From NCBI RefSeq assembly GCF_000007985.2, contig NC_002939.5, positions 3,630,001-3,662,000 on the forward strand: DNA of 32,000 nucleotides, read 5' to 3'. The notes under the pieces were generated by a model that was given only the letters and a program-made list of their open reading frames with translations, did not search any database and was not told where the DNA came from. This document shows positions 8,925 to 17,116 of the stretch, piece after piece. This DNA comes from Geobacter sulfurreducens PCA. Its GTDB lineage: Bacteria > Desulfobacterota > Desulfuromonadia > Geobacterales > Geobacteraceae. How positions within the stretch are numbered: position 1 is the stretch's first letter; every line of letters starts with the position of its first letter. A program made the position numbers and the translations under genes.

Positions 8925-9941
8925 CTAGCGCGCGCCGCTTCCATCCAGGGGCACTTCCCGGATCGGTGCGGGTTCCGGGACCGCCACCACCGGCTCCGGG
9001 TCCGATACGGGCTGAGGAGATGCCACCTGAGCCGGCGCAGCCGCAGGCTGCGATACGGGCCGCTCAACCGGCCGGACCGCCTGTACGGACGGCGGAGCAG
9101 CTGCCGCGGGCGAGGCATCCTTCTTGTCCTTCCTGTTGAACAGGTCCATGGGTGGCTTGAGCAGCCCCACCATGTCGTCAAAGAGGTGGTAGTAGGGAGC
9201 AGTGGCCTTGCGCTCACGGAAAAGGATATCCTTTTCCTTCTTCCCCAGATAGCGGGTAATTCCCGGAATGGTCTTGAACTTGACCTCGACCCGCTCATCC
9301 ATGTTGGCCGCTGCCTGGTCGAAGTCGGGATATTGAAGTTCCGCCAGCACCGGCGTAGACGGGCTGCCGACCCGGAAATTGGGGTACTCCCAGAGGGCCG
9401 TGCCGTTGGCGTCCAGTACCTGGGCGGTCATGGTGAGAACGTTGTAATCGGTATCCAGATACTTCACCAGGTTGCTGGCAAAGGTGCGGTCTCGCATGGT
9501 GAGGCCGCTCACCACCACCAGAAGCACGGCATCGACACTGTTCTGGGTCACCAGGGTCCTGATTTCCTCGGGCTTATAGAAGTGTTTGTTATAGACCACC
9601 CCGGCATCGTCGCGGCGCTCGGACCGGAAGAGAAGCGTGCGGAACAGCTCGTCAGGAGCGGCGGCCTCGATGGGGCGCACCATGAAGTAGGCACCGGACT
9701 CCCGGAGCATGTTGACGAGTTCCTTCTCGTTGACCCGGTTGTATTCCCGCACCAACGTCACCAGCGTATCCCGCTCCGGATGACGGATATCCGAATCGGC
9801 GTCCATAAAGATGGGCGCCACGCCGAGAACTTTGACCCGCTGCTCGTAGTCCTCACGGGGAATATTGAAGGGGTTGTGGGCACACCCGGCAGCCACCAGT
9901 GCCACCAGCGCCACGAAAAACCACTGTCTGACCCGGCTCAT
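8925..9941 (-). CDS. Lipoprotein of unknown function with a Pro/Ala-rich C-terminal tail (338 aa)
   Basis: The signal peptide with lipobox is MSRVRQWFFVALVALVAAGC. GGGAGGAG lies 5 nt upstream of the ATG at 9941. The tail reads SPAAAAPPSVQAVRPVERPVSQPAAAPAQVASPQPVSDPEPVVAVPEPAP. The track ORF extension to 10418 overlaps the MFS gene and was rejected. Confidence 0.7.
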   Translation of the reverse strand: MSRVRQWFFVALVALVAAGCAHNPFNIPREDYEQRVKVLGVAPIFMDADSDIRHPERDTLVTLVREYNRVNEKELVNMLRESGAYFMVRPIEAAAPDELFRTLLFRSERRDDAGVVYNKHFYKPEEIRTLVTQNSVDAVLLVVVSGLTMRDRTFASNLVKYLDTDYNVLTMTAQVLDANGTALWEYPNFRVGSPSTPVLAELQYPDFDQAAANMDERVEVKFKTIPGITRYLGKKEKDILFRERKATAPYYHLFDDMVGLLKPPMDLFNRKDKKDASPAAAAPPSVQAVRPVERPVSQPAAAPAQVASPQPVSDPEPVVAVPEPAPIREVPLDGSGAR

Positions 9942-10030
9942 CGATCTCCTCCCTGATGAATTCATGTCACGGTTCGGTCGGTATCGTCCGTTCGATTTAT
10001 AGCAGATGCTCCCCGCTATGACCACCCCTT

Positions 10031-11275
10031 TCACCGGGGCGAGGTGTCGCGGGCGAAGAGGAACAGGGTTACGGCCACAGCCAGCCCCGTCACCGGTACC
10101 AGAAAGGCTGCGTGATAGGCCTCGGCCGGATAGCCCATCGGCCCGCGCGGGAAACGCCCGATGATGAACCCCATCACTTGCTGTACCACGGCCGCGCCGG
10201 TCAGGACGAAAAAATTGAGTGCAGTGGTAGCCGTTGCCGACAGAGTGCTGGGAAACATCTCCCGGATCATGGGATAGATGGCCACGCCCGATGAAACCGC
10301 CAGCCCCGCTGCGAAGAAGAAGGCGGCCAGAAGCCAGCGGGGCACCTGCTCCGCCGGGCCGAGGGTCAGAACCAGAAGCAGAAACAGCAGAAGGCTCTGC
10401 CCCGCCACAAGGGTCCATTTACGGGACTTGAGCAGCCGGTCGGTCACTTGGCCGATGAAGAGGCAGCCGGTCATGAACCCGACCGAGGTAAGCAAAAGCA
10501 GGTTACCGGCGCCCTGGCGCGAAAGGCCCATCACCTCCATGAGCCATGGCCCGCCCCAGAGGCCCTGGAGAGCCATGTAGCCGGCGTACCAGAAAAACGA
10601 AAGGAGGGCCAGGAGCCAGAAGGAGGGACGAGAGAAAACGAGACCCCACCCCGCCAGGGCTCCCACCGGCCGGTGGGTCGCGGCCAGGAGGGGCTCCTCC
10701 TCTGCTATCCCGTCGGCGATCGGCCGATCCCGCACGACCCGGAAGAGGAGCAGGGTAAGCCCCAGCTGGAGAGCGCCCACCACCAGGAAGGGAGAGCGCC
10801 ACCCTCCAAGCGATACCGCCAGGGCCAGAGGGGCCGTGGCACAAAGATTTCCAACATTCCCCACGGCAATAATCAGGCCCGAGATGGTGGCATACTCCCG
10901 GGAGGTGAACCAGTTAGTGAACACCTTGAGCGCCCCCATCAGGACGCAGGCAGTGCCCATGCCGATGAGGATGCGCCCTGCGAGCAGGGCGCCGTAGCCC
11001 GGAGCCAGAGCAAAGGTGATGGAGCCCGCCACCGTAACGAGCCCGGCCAGGCTCACCACGATGCGGCCGCCGAAACGGTCCAGCAGCGGGCCGAGCGGTA
11101 TCTGGGCCAGGGCGAAGGCGTAGAAGAGCGCCCCCGAGAGCATCCCGATCCGGGAGGCGTCCAAGACGAGATCGGCTGCCAGGTCACGGGCAATGACCGC
11201 CATGGATACCCGGTAGAAATAGGCGACCAGATACATAACCGCAAATACGGCAAATATCCGCCAACGTTTCGTCAT
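10031..11275 (-). CDS. MFS transporter (12-TM type)
   Basis: The 414-aa product is hydrophobic throughout and carries the MFS loop 2-3 motif GPLLDRFGGR. Substrate is not assignable. Confidence 0.8.
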   Translation of the reverse strand: MTKRWRIFAVFAVMYLVAYFYRVSMAVIARDLAADLVLDASRIGMLSGALFYAFALAQIPLGPLLDRFGGRIVVSLAGLVTVAGSITFALAPGYGALLAGRILIGMGTACVLMGALKVFTNWFTSREYATISGLIIAVGNVGNLCATAPLALAVSLGGWRSPFLVVGALQLGLTLLLFRVVRDRPIADGIAEEEPLLAATHRPVGALAGWGLVFSRPSFWLLALLSFFWYAGYMALQGLWGGPWLMEVMGLSRQGAGNLLLLTSVGFMTGCLFIGQVTDRLLKSRKWTLVAGQSLLLFLLLVLTLGPAEQVPRWLLAAFFFAAGLAVSSGVAIYPMIREMFPSTLSATATTALNFFVLTGAAVVQQVMGFIIGRFPRGPMGYPAEAYHAAFLVPVTGLAVAVTLFLFARDTSPR

Positions 11276-11403
11276 GGCATGCGCATCCTGAAGAGCATCA
11301 GTGCGTTCCCTCCCGCGAGACTATCCCGGATGGAGCCGCGACACAAGCCCTTATCCACGGCGCCCCTTCCCTTCTCCCGAGGGATGTGCTATAGCCGTTG
11401 GCC

Positions 11404-12123
11404 ATGAAATGGCTCCTTGTTGCCTCGGCGGCACTCTATCTCTTCGGTTCGTTCCGACGCCCCCTCTTTGCACTGGGTCTCGGCGCGGGGCTCGCCTATC
11501 TGGCCCTCCGCGGCATCTCCCTGGGCCGGTTGCCCCTGGTGGGCCCCCACGACACCATTGCCTTCTTTTCCGCCTCCATCGGGCTCATGACGCTGCCGTT
11601 CCTCTTTTCGCCCTCGCTGCGGAACTCTTCCGCCTTCCCTTGGGCAACGGGGGGAACCGCCGCGGTTTTCGCGCTGTTCTCCCTGGCATTTCCCGCCCTC
11701 GCCATGCCGCTGCCGCCGATACTCAACACCCTCTGGTTCGAGCTGCACGTGGCGCTTGCCTTCTTCGCCTATGCGCTCTTCACCATCGGGGCCATCATGG
11801 GCGTCCTCTTCCTGGCCGGCGGAGAGCGGCGGCTCCTGGATCTCCAGTACCGGGCGGCCCTCGTGGGATACACCTTTTTTTCCGGCTCCATGGTTGCCGG
11901 CGGCATCTGGGGATACTATGCCTGGGGGACCTACTGGCTCTGGACGCCCAAGGAGCTCTGGACCTCCATCCTCTGGATATTCTATACCTTCTGGCTCCAT
12001 CTGCGCCTGAGAGGAGCCGGCGGAGACCGGCTCCTGGCCTGGACCGGCATCCTCGGCTTCGGGGTCATGCTCTTCACCTACCTGGGGGTGAGCATGCTCA
12101 TGAAAAGTTCGCACAGCTTTTAA
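11404..12123 (+). CDS. CcsA/ResC-like cytochrome c biogenesis (System II) haem-handling membrane protein, short form
   Basis: It has a Trp-rich WWD-like segment GGIWGYYAWGTYWLWTPKELW, flanking His residues (ELHVA, FWLHLR) and a C-terminal SSHSF. The track start at 11398 is TTG, and the ATG at 11404 is preferred. No clear SD is present. Confidence 0.7.
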   Translation: MKWLLVASAALYLFGSFRRPLFALGLGAGLAYLALRGISLGRLPLVGPHDTIAFFSASIGLMTLPFLFSPSLRNSSAFPWATGGTAAVFALFSLAFPALAMPLPPILNTLWFELHVALAFFAYALFTIGAIMGVLFLAGGERRLLDLQYRAALVGYTFFSGSMVAGGIWGYYAWGTYWLWTPKELWTSILWIFYTFWLHLRLRGAGGDRLLAWTGILGFGVMLFTYLGVSMLMKSSHSF

Positions 12124-12140
12124 AGGGGACTGCACCACGC

Positions 12141-12845
12141 ATGCTGACCAGAATCTATCAATCCCTTGCATCCCTCTGCCTGGGCCTCTGGCTCATGGGA
12201 GGAGTCATGGCGCTCCTGGCCGTCGGCTCCTTCGGCGGTGAAGAGGCAGCAGCCCTGAACGCAATGCCCCTCTACGTCTGGCTCACCCGTGCCCCCCTCG
12301 CCGCCTCCTGGTGGCTCTGGGGGACCCTGGCGCTCCTGACGCTTCTCACCATCAACACCATCCTCTGCAGCATAGAGGCAATCCGGCTGAGGTTCGGCAA
12401 AAGCACCCTGCCAGCGCTGGTGGCTCCGCAACTCATGCACCTGGGCTTCCTGCTCATCGTCCTGGCTCACCTGCTGAGCGCCACGGGGGGCGCCAAGGAG
12501 GCCATGCAGGTCTACCAGGGCTCCTCCATCGGGTTTCCGGACGGGAGCACCCTCCATGTGGGGCCCATTTCGGTTGCCACGGGTCCCATGGGGATGCCGG
12601 CCGACTATCGCGCCCAGGTGCGCGCCGTGACCGGCAGCCGGGTCGAGGAAGGAACGGTGAGCCCCAACCATCCGTTCTTCCACGGAGGATTCGGCGTCTA
12701 TCTCAAGCACGCGGAGGAGCACCCCTTCCCCGTGGCTGTCATGGAAATCCACCGGGAGCCAGGGGCCGGCTGGGCCCTGGCCGGCGCCCTCCTCTTCACA
12801 GCCGGTAACGGCATGCTCCTGGCGCTCCGACGGGAACGCCGCTAA
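12141..12845 (+). CDS. Short ResB/CcsB-like membrane protein (234 aa)
   Basis: It starts 18 nt after the CcsA-like gene. It contains TM helices, including a His-containing helix (LMHLGFLLIVLAHLL), a small soluble loop and a final TM. It is the in-frame tail of track ORF 11301..12845, whose upstream part overlaps the CcsA-like gene in another frame. Confidence 0.55.
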   Translation: MLTRIYQSLASLCLGLWLMGGVMALLAVGSFGGEEAAALNAMPLYVWLTRAPLAASWWLWGTLALLTLLTINTILCSIEAIRLRFGKSTLPALVAPQLMHLGFLLIVLAHLLSATGGAKEAMQVYQGSSIGFPDGSTLHVGPISVATGPMGMPADYRAQVRAVTGSRVEEGTVSPNHPFFHGGFGVYLKHAEEHPFPVAVMEIHREPGAGWALAGALLFTAGNGMLLALRRERR

Positions 12846-12857
12846 CGAGACTTCCTC

Positions 12858-12885
12858 TTGCATCGCTACGCCGATGTGTTAGTAT
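12858..12885 (+). promoter_or_regulatory. Sigma70-type promoter candidate for the secreted beta-helix protein gene
   Basis: TTGCAT (12858-12863), 16-nt spacer, TAGTAT (12880-12885). Confidence 0.5.
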
Positions 12886-12938
12886 GAAACCTCTCATTTT
12901 TGCGGATAAAATGCATCGGCTGTACCGAGGAGTCGTCC

Positions 12939-14048
12939 ATGTCCAGACCATTGACTCGAACCGTCGTCGCGCTTGCCCTCCTGGCGGCCTCCTCAGCCGC
13001 CCACGCAGACGGCGGCCCTGCGGCAGGCGGTCTCGCCGAGGGCTCGGTCACCTATAGCGCAATCGCTCCCAACTCCATCACCAACAGTAAGATCGTGGAC
13101 GGCGCCGTCACCGACGCCAAGCTCGGCTTCGGCGCCGTCACCACTCCGAAAATCGCCGACGGCGCCGTGACCGACGGCAAGATACGCGGCCCCATCGCCG
13201 GCTGGAAAATCGGGCCGCACGGCCATGACGCAACGGACATCGTCCAGGGAACCATCGATGCCGCGCGGCTTCCGGTGGGAACCGGCCCGGGTACCGTTGC
13301 CGCCGGCGACCACACCCACGAATTCCTGCCGAAAAAACCGGCCACCCTGATCGTGGTGGCCCCCACGGGCGGCGACTATGTCAGCCCCATCGACGCGCTC
13401 AATGCCATTACCGATGCGTCCGCTGAGAAGCCCTATCTGGTGAAGATCATGCCGGGAGTCTACGACCTGGGGATCGCCACCATGGTCATGAAAGAGTATG
13501 TGGACGTGGAGGGCTCCGGCGAACTCGCCACCCGGCTCAGGGGAAGCGCCGCCGACGCCGGCGTGGTGGCCTGCGCCTCCCGGGCCGAACTGCGCGGCCT
13601 TTCCATCGAGGCGGCCGGTGCGGAGGGGAATATCGTCGGTATTTTCAACGGCAGCAGCGCACCCCGGATCAGAAACGTAAGCGTCACCGTACAGGGAGGA
13701 AAAGGGACCTTCGGCATCTACAACCTGATGGCAGAGCCGCTCCTCGACTCGGTGACCGTAACGGCCCACGGCGGTGACGCAGGCTTCGGGATCTTCAACA
13801 TCCATTCCTCCCCCGTGATCAGGAACGCCACCATCTCTGCCGGCAACGGCGTGTACACCACGTCCTCCGGGAGCGCCACCGTGGAGGGGTCGATCATCAC
13901 CGCCACCCTCTTTTCCATCTTCAACGACACCGCCACCACCACCCGCGTCGCAAACACCCGCCTGGCGGGTGGGAGGATCGTCAACAGCGGCATCATGAAA
14001 TGCGCCGGGGTCTATGACGCGGAATTCGACCCGGTCCAGTGCCGCTAG
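12939..14048 (+). CDS. Secreted protein: tail-fibre-like decapeptide repeats and HxH motifs followed by a right-handed beta-helix (pectin-lyase-fold-like) domain
   Basis: The Sec signal is MSRPLTRTVVALALLAASSAAHA, and GAGGAG lies 6 nt before the ATG at 12939. Repeats read (S/A)(I/V)TxxKIxDG. GHDATDIVQGTIDAARLP and GDHTHE follow. GGDYVSPIDALNAI...KIMPGVY starts the beta-helix, followed by repeated G-I-F/Y-N rungs. Confidence 0.75.
   Translation: MSRPLTRTVVALALLAASSAAHADGGPAAGGLAEGSVTYSAIAPNSITNSKIVDGAVTDAKLGFGAVTTPKIADGAVTDGKIRGPIAGWKIGPHGHDATDIVQGTIDAARLPVGTGPGTVAAGDHTHEFLPKKPATLIVVAPTGGDYVSPIDALNAITDASAEKPYLVKIMPGVYDLGIATMVMKEYVDVEGSGELATRLRGSAADAGVVACASRAELRGLSIEAAGAEGNIVGIFNGSSAPRIRNVSVTVQGGKGTFGIYNLMAEPLLDSVTVTAHGGDAGFGIFNIHSSPVIRNATISAGNGVYTTSSGSATVEGSIITATLFSIFNDTATTTRVANTRLAGGRIVNSGIMKCAGVYDAEFDPVQCR
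13071..13193 (+). repeat. Four tandem 30-nt (10-aa) coding repeats
   Basis: GGCGCCGTCACC occurs at 13101 and 13131, and GGCGCCGTGACC at 13161, with an exact 30-nt period. The peptides are SITNSKIVDG / AVTDAKLGFG / AVTTPKIADG / AVTDGKIRGP. Confidence 0.8.
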
Positions 14049-14120
14049 TCTTTCGAGTGGCCCGCTCCCGGGACTGCCTGCTCGAAACAGAACGGCATGC
14101 TGAAACAGGGCACCAGTACA

Positions 14121-14157
14121 AACGGGGCGCCGGAATGCTGAATTCCGACGCCCCGTT
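14121..14157. terminator. Long hairpin between convergent genes (bidirectional terminator candidate)
   Basis: AACGGGGCGCCGGAAT (14121-14136) / loop / ATTCCGACGCCCCGTT (14142-14157), with one bulge. The T-rich sequence CCCGTTTATT follows. Confidence 0.6.
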
Positions 14158-14183
14158 CCCGTTTATTCCCAAGCTCAACCGGA

Positions 14184-15587
14184 TCAGTACCGCATCCTCA
14201 CCCGGTAGGTAAGCTTTGCCTCCCCATCCTTCGGTACCGGCACCAGGAACTCGGCGGCCCGGGCATCCCCGCCGGTCGGCTTGAGCGACGAGGTGAGAAT
14301 TCGCCAGTCCCCCGGCACCGGTTCCACCACCCGAACGGTTATATTCTCGGCCTTGTGGTTGCGCAGAGCAATCTCAAAGGCGGCCTCATAGGTGTCGGAC
14401 GCCGTCTTGCGCCATTCGGTCTGACGCCGCTCGGCCACCACGTCAAAGGCGTCGCCCAGCTTCACCCGCACCGTCTCCTTTTCCGGGGTATGATCGATGC
14501 TGTCCTCGCCCACGAACTGAAGGCTCCCGTCCCCATCACGCTTGTAGACCCGCGCCACCCCCCGGGGGAGCGGCATACCGAGCCCGCTTTCCCGCCGGTT
14601 GCCGAACTCGGTGTAGACCGCCACCTTTTCCTTCCGGGGCTCGCCGGCAGGGCCGTGGAAGAAGTAGCTTTCTCCCCGCAGGAGGAATTCCTTGCGGACC
14701 GGAATCTCCGCAGCCGTGACGAGACTGATCTGCTTGGTCTGGTTGTCCTTGATGGTGGAAGGGCACTGGAGGGTGTAGAGATGGTATTCAAAGAAACTCT
14801 CCTCCCGGAAGGCGGGTGCGGCGGCCATGGCCTCGGCCCGCATCATCTTGGCACGCCCCTCGTCCTCCCGCACCCGGTTGATGTCGCCGGCCACGAGTTT
14901 CAAGGCGGCATCCCGGTAGGTGGCGCCGCTGCGGTTGTCGATGGTTACCCACCCGGCCAGATCGGCCCGGTCGTCCTTCTCGGCCAGGGTCACCACGTAA
15001 TCGGCCCGCCAGCTGATGCCGTTGGTCAGGTAGGTGGCCTCCACCTGCCGCGCCGCCTCCCGACCGCTCTCCAGGAGCCAGACCAGGGTCGGCCGGGCAA
15101 TGAGATCGTCGGGAACGCCGGGAAAGATGATTCGCCCCGGATGCCCGAAGGTAATCTCGTCGCCGATCCGGAAGACCGGCCCCCCCGTGGTGGAGAGCAG
15201 CGTGGCCGCAACCACTTCTTCCCGCTCGGTGGTGGGATTCTTCTGGTAGAGTTTCACCTCGCGCCCCACATACTTGTCCATGAGCTTCTGGGGGGACAGG
15301 AGATCATACTCGTAGTTCTGCTCCAGGACCCGGATTCCGTCGCCCTCGGGCGCAGCCATGGAAACACTGGAGGGAATCACCTGGGCCGCCACGTCCATGA
15401 AGCGGAGTTCGCCACTCCCCTTGGGGAGCCTGATCTCGCGCCGATCCTTCACAAGGCCCAGGTTCTGGTTGTAGATGGTGAGAGAAACTCCGCGCTGGTC
15501 GGCTTCGGTGGAAACGACGGGAGCGGCGGCGCACGGAACGGCAAGGGAAAGGACCGCGAACAGAACGGCAATACGGTGTGGTTTCAT
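14184..15587 (-). CDS. DUF4139-type secreted protein of unknown function
   Basis: The signal peptide is MKPHRIAVLFAVLSLAVPCAAA. ...VSLTIYNQNLGLVKDRR... and the overall 467-aa beta-rich sequence match my memory of DUF4139 proteins. GAGG lies upstream of the ATG at 15587. Confidence 0.7.
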   Translation of the reverse strand: MKPHRIAVLFAVLSLAVPCAAAPVVSTEADQRGVSLTIYNQNLGLVKDRREIRLPKGSGELRFMDVAAQVIPSSVSMAAPEGDGIRVLEQNYEYDLLSPQKLMDKYVGREVKLYQKNPTTEREEVVAATLLSTTGGPVFRIGDEITFGHPGRIIFPGVPDDLIARPTLVWLLESGREAARQVEATYLTNGISWRADYVVTLAEKDDRADLAGWVTIDNRSGATYRDAALKLVAGDINRVREDEGRAKMMRAEAMAAAPAFREESFFEYHLYTLQCPSTIKDNQTKQISLVTAAEIPVRKEFLLRGESYFFHGPAGEPRKEKVAVYTEFGNRRESGLGMPLPRGVARVYKRDGDGSLQFVGEDSIDHTPEKETVRVKLGDAFDVVAERRQTEWRKTASDTYEAAFEIALRNHKAENITVRVVEPVPGDWRILTSSLKPTGGDARAAEFLVPVPKDGEAKLTYRVRMRY

Positions 15588-15640
15588 GACATACCTCGCC
15601 CGGTGATCTGGCGGCAGGGCCGCACCTGGAGGTATATCAC

Positions 15641-15665
15641 AAAAAAAGGCGCCCGTCAGGGCGCC
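15641..15665 (-). terminator. Rho-independent terminator after the cyclophilin gene
   Basis: Minus strand: GGCGCCC-TGAC-GGGCGCC followed by TTTTTTT (plus-strand A run at 15641-15647). Confidence 0.8.
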
Positions 15666-15692
15666 TGGTGGTATGCGAGTCGTAGTGCCGGG

Positions 15693-16295
15693 TTACCGGA
15701 TCTTGACGGAGGTGATGACCACCGGCGTCACCGGTATGTTGGCGAAGAGCATGTTGAGACGCTGGGTGGGGGAGGCGGCAATCTTGTCAACCACATCCAT
15801 CCCCTCGATCACCTTGCCGAACACCGCGTAGCCGTAGCCGTCGGGGCGGGGACGGTTCAGGTTTTCGTTGTTCACCAAGTTGATGAAGAACTGGGCCGTG
15901 GCGCTGTCGGGGCTGGCGGTGCGGGCCATGGCAATGGTACCCCGGTCGTTCTTGAGGCCGTTGTCCGCCTCGTTCTTGATCGGAGCCCTGGTCTCCTTCT
16001 GTTTCCGGTCGGTGGTGAAGCCGCCTCCCTGGATCATGAAGCCGGGGATGACCCGGTGGAAGATGGTGCCATCGTAGAAGCCGCTCTTGACGTAGTCGAG
16101 AACGTTCTTCACCGTGGCCGGCGCCTTGTCCGGGTAGAGCTCCACGGCGATCTTGCCGAGGCTCGTCTCCATAACCACCACGGGATTGGCGGCCTTGGCC
16201 GCCTTGTCGGCGGCATCGGCGTTGCCGGCCAGGAGCAGTGCGCCGAACAGCCCGCTCATGAGCAGGGCGATGATCAGTCTCTTGAACATGTACAA
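15693..16295 (-). CDS. ppiA: Periplasmic cyclophilin-type peptidyl-prolyl cis-trans isomerase
   Basis: A signal peptide is followed by [51 protein letters not shown] lies 6 nt upstream of the ATG. Confidence 0.9.
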   Translation of the reverse strand: MYMFKRLIIALLMSGLFGALLLAGNADAADKAAKAANPVVVMETSLGKIAVELYPDKAPATVKNVLDYVKSGFYDGTIFHRVIPGFMIQGGGFTTDRKQKETRAPIKNEADNGLKNDRGTIAMARTASPDSATAQFFINLVNNENLNRPRPDGYGYAVFGKVIEGMDVVDKIAASPTQRLNMLFANIPVTPVVITSVKIR

Positions 16296-16361
16296 CCTCC
16301 GGGAAACCTAAAGACGGTGTGCTGCAAACGAATTATTATATAGGCACTTCCCCGGGAAAGG

Positions 16362-16958
16362 TCAAGCCTTCCGCATGACCAGGGTGACGTAATCCTCCAT
16401 GATCCGCAGGTCGGTCTGGATGCATCCCAGGTTGGCAAACCGCCGCTGCACGTCGAACTTGTCCTGGAGCGGAATCCCGGAGAGGAGCAGCCAGCCGCCG
16501 GGGCGGACGCGCGCCACCATCTCTCCGGCCAGGGCCAAGTGGATATCGGCGTAAATATTTGCCATAAGCAGGTCGTAGAGTCCCCGCCCCACAGAGGCCA
16601 GCTCACCGCAGACCGTAAAGACCCGGTCGGCCACGCCGTTCAGCCGTACGTTGGCGGCGCAGGAGGCAGCTGCCTTGGGATCGATGTCCACCGCCACCAC
16701 CGAGGCCGCGCCGAGCCGCACCGCCGCGATGGCGAGGATGCCGGTGCCGCTCCCCAGATCGAGCCCGCGCATGCCGGTCAGGCCGGGTATCCGCTCCAGT
16801 TCTTCCAGGCACGAGGCGGTGGTTTCATGTTCACCGGAGCCGAAGGCCCCTTTTTTCCCCATGATGAGGGGGATGTGCTCCCCCAGAGGCAGGGGCGCGT
16901 CCTCCGGCACAATGATGAATCCCCCGACCGTGAAGGGGGTGAAGATACGACCAATCAT
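16362..16958 (-). CDS. Class I SAM-dependent methyltransferase, PrmA-like catalytic domain only (198 aa)
   Basis: FGSGEHETTASCLE and the SAM motif GLDLGSGTGILAIAA are as in ribosomal protein L11 methyltransferase. The N-terminal substrate-binding domain of canonical PrmA is absent. Confidence 0.7.
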   Translation of the reverse strand: MIGRIFTPFTVGGFIIVPEDAPLPLGEHIPLIMGKKGAFGSGEHETTASCLEELERIPGLTGMRGLDLGSGTGILAIAAVRLGAASVVAVDIDPKAAASCAANVRLNGVADRVFTVCGELASVGRGLYDLLMANIYADIHLALAGEMVARVRPGGWLLLSGIPLQDKFDVQRRFANLGCIQTDLRIMEDYVTLVMRKA

Positions 16959-17029
16959 GGCTCAGTGCTCCGTTGATGAAGTGGTCCCAACCATACTCCA
17001 TTTCGGCGGTCGGGGGAACAAACAAATGG

Positions 17030-17058
17030 TTGACTTGACGGGGGGATGTGCGGAAAAT
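17030..17058 (+). promoter_or_regulatory. Sigma70-type promoter candidate for the phosphohexomutase gene
   Basis: TTGACT (17030-17035), 17-nt spacer, GAAAAT (17053-17058). Confidence 0.4.
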
Positions 17059-17116
17059 GTCGGGTTACCGGCCCGATGGCCGCAACCATACCGACATTGC
17101 AGGAGGATTTGATTCC

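Noticed and set aside
7282-8928. Plus-strand ORFs 7282..8094 and 8110..8928, plus others over the thiolase-like gene
   Set aside because: They are antisense to a gene with clear thiolase-fold motifs, and their low-complexity Gly/Arg/Pro content marks them as artefacts.
8940-9130. Apparent low-complexity or repetitive DNA (recurring GATACGGGC, CCGC/CAGC-rich)
   Set aside because: It is the coding sequence of the Pro/Ala-rich tail of the lipoprotein. It is not a CRISPR array or a non-coding tandem repeat. No regularly spaced repeats exist anywhere in the window.
9942-10418. N-terminal extension of the lipoprotein ORF (track 8925..10418, 497 aa)
   Set aside because: The extension overlaps the 3' end of the MFS gene and is Gly/Arg-rich. 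An internal ATG at 9941 has a strong GGGAGGAG SD and is followed at once by a textbook lipoprotein signal peptide.
11301-12140. Upstream part of track ORF 11301..12845 (514 aa)
   Set aside because: It overlaps the CcsA-like gene in another frame and is Pro/Arg/Gly-rich. Only the part from the ATG at 12141 looks like a membrane protein.
14355-16343. 662-aa plus-strand ORF, the longest unassigned ORF in this part of the window
   Set aside because: It runs antisense across the DUF4139 gene, an intergenic terminator and the cyclophilin gene. A real gene would not read through a hairpin/T-run and two well-supported opposite-strand genes. Its composition is Gly/Arg/His/Pro-biased.
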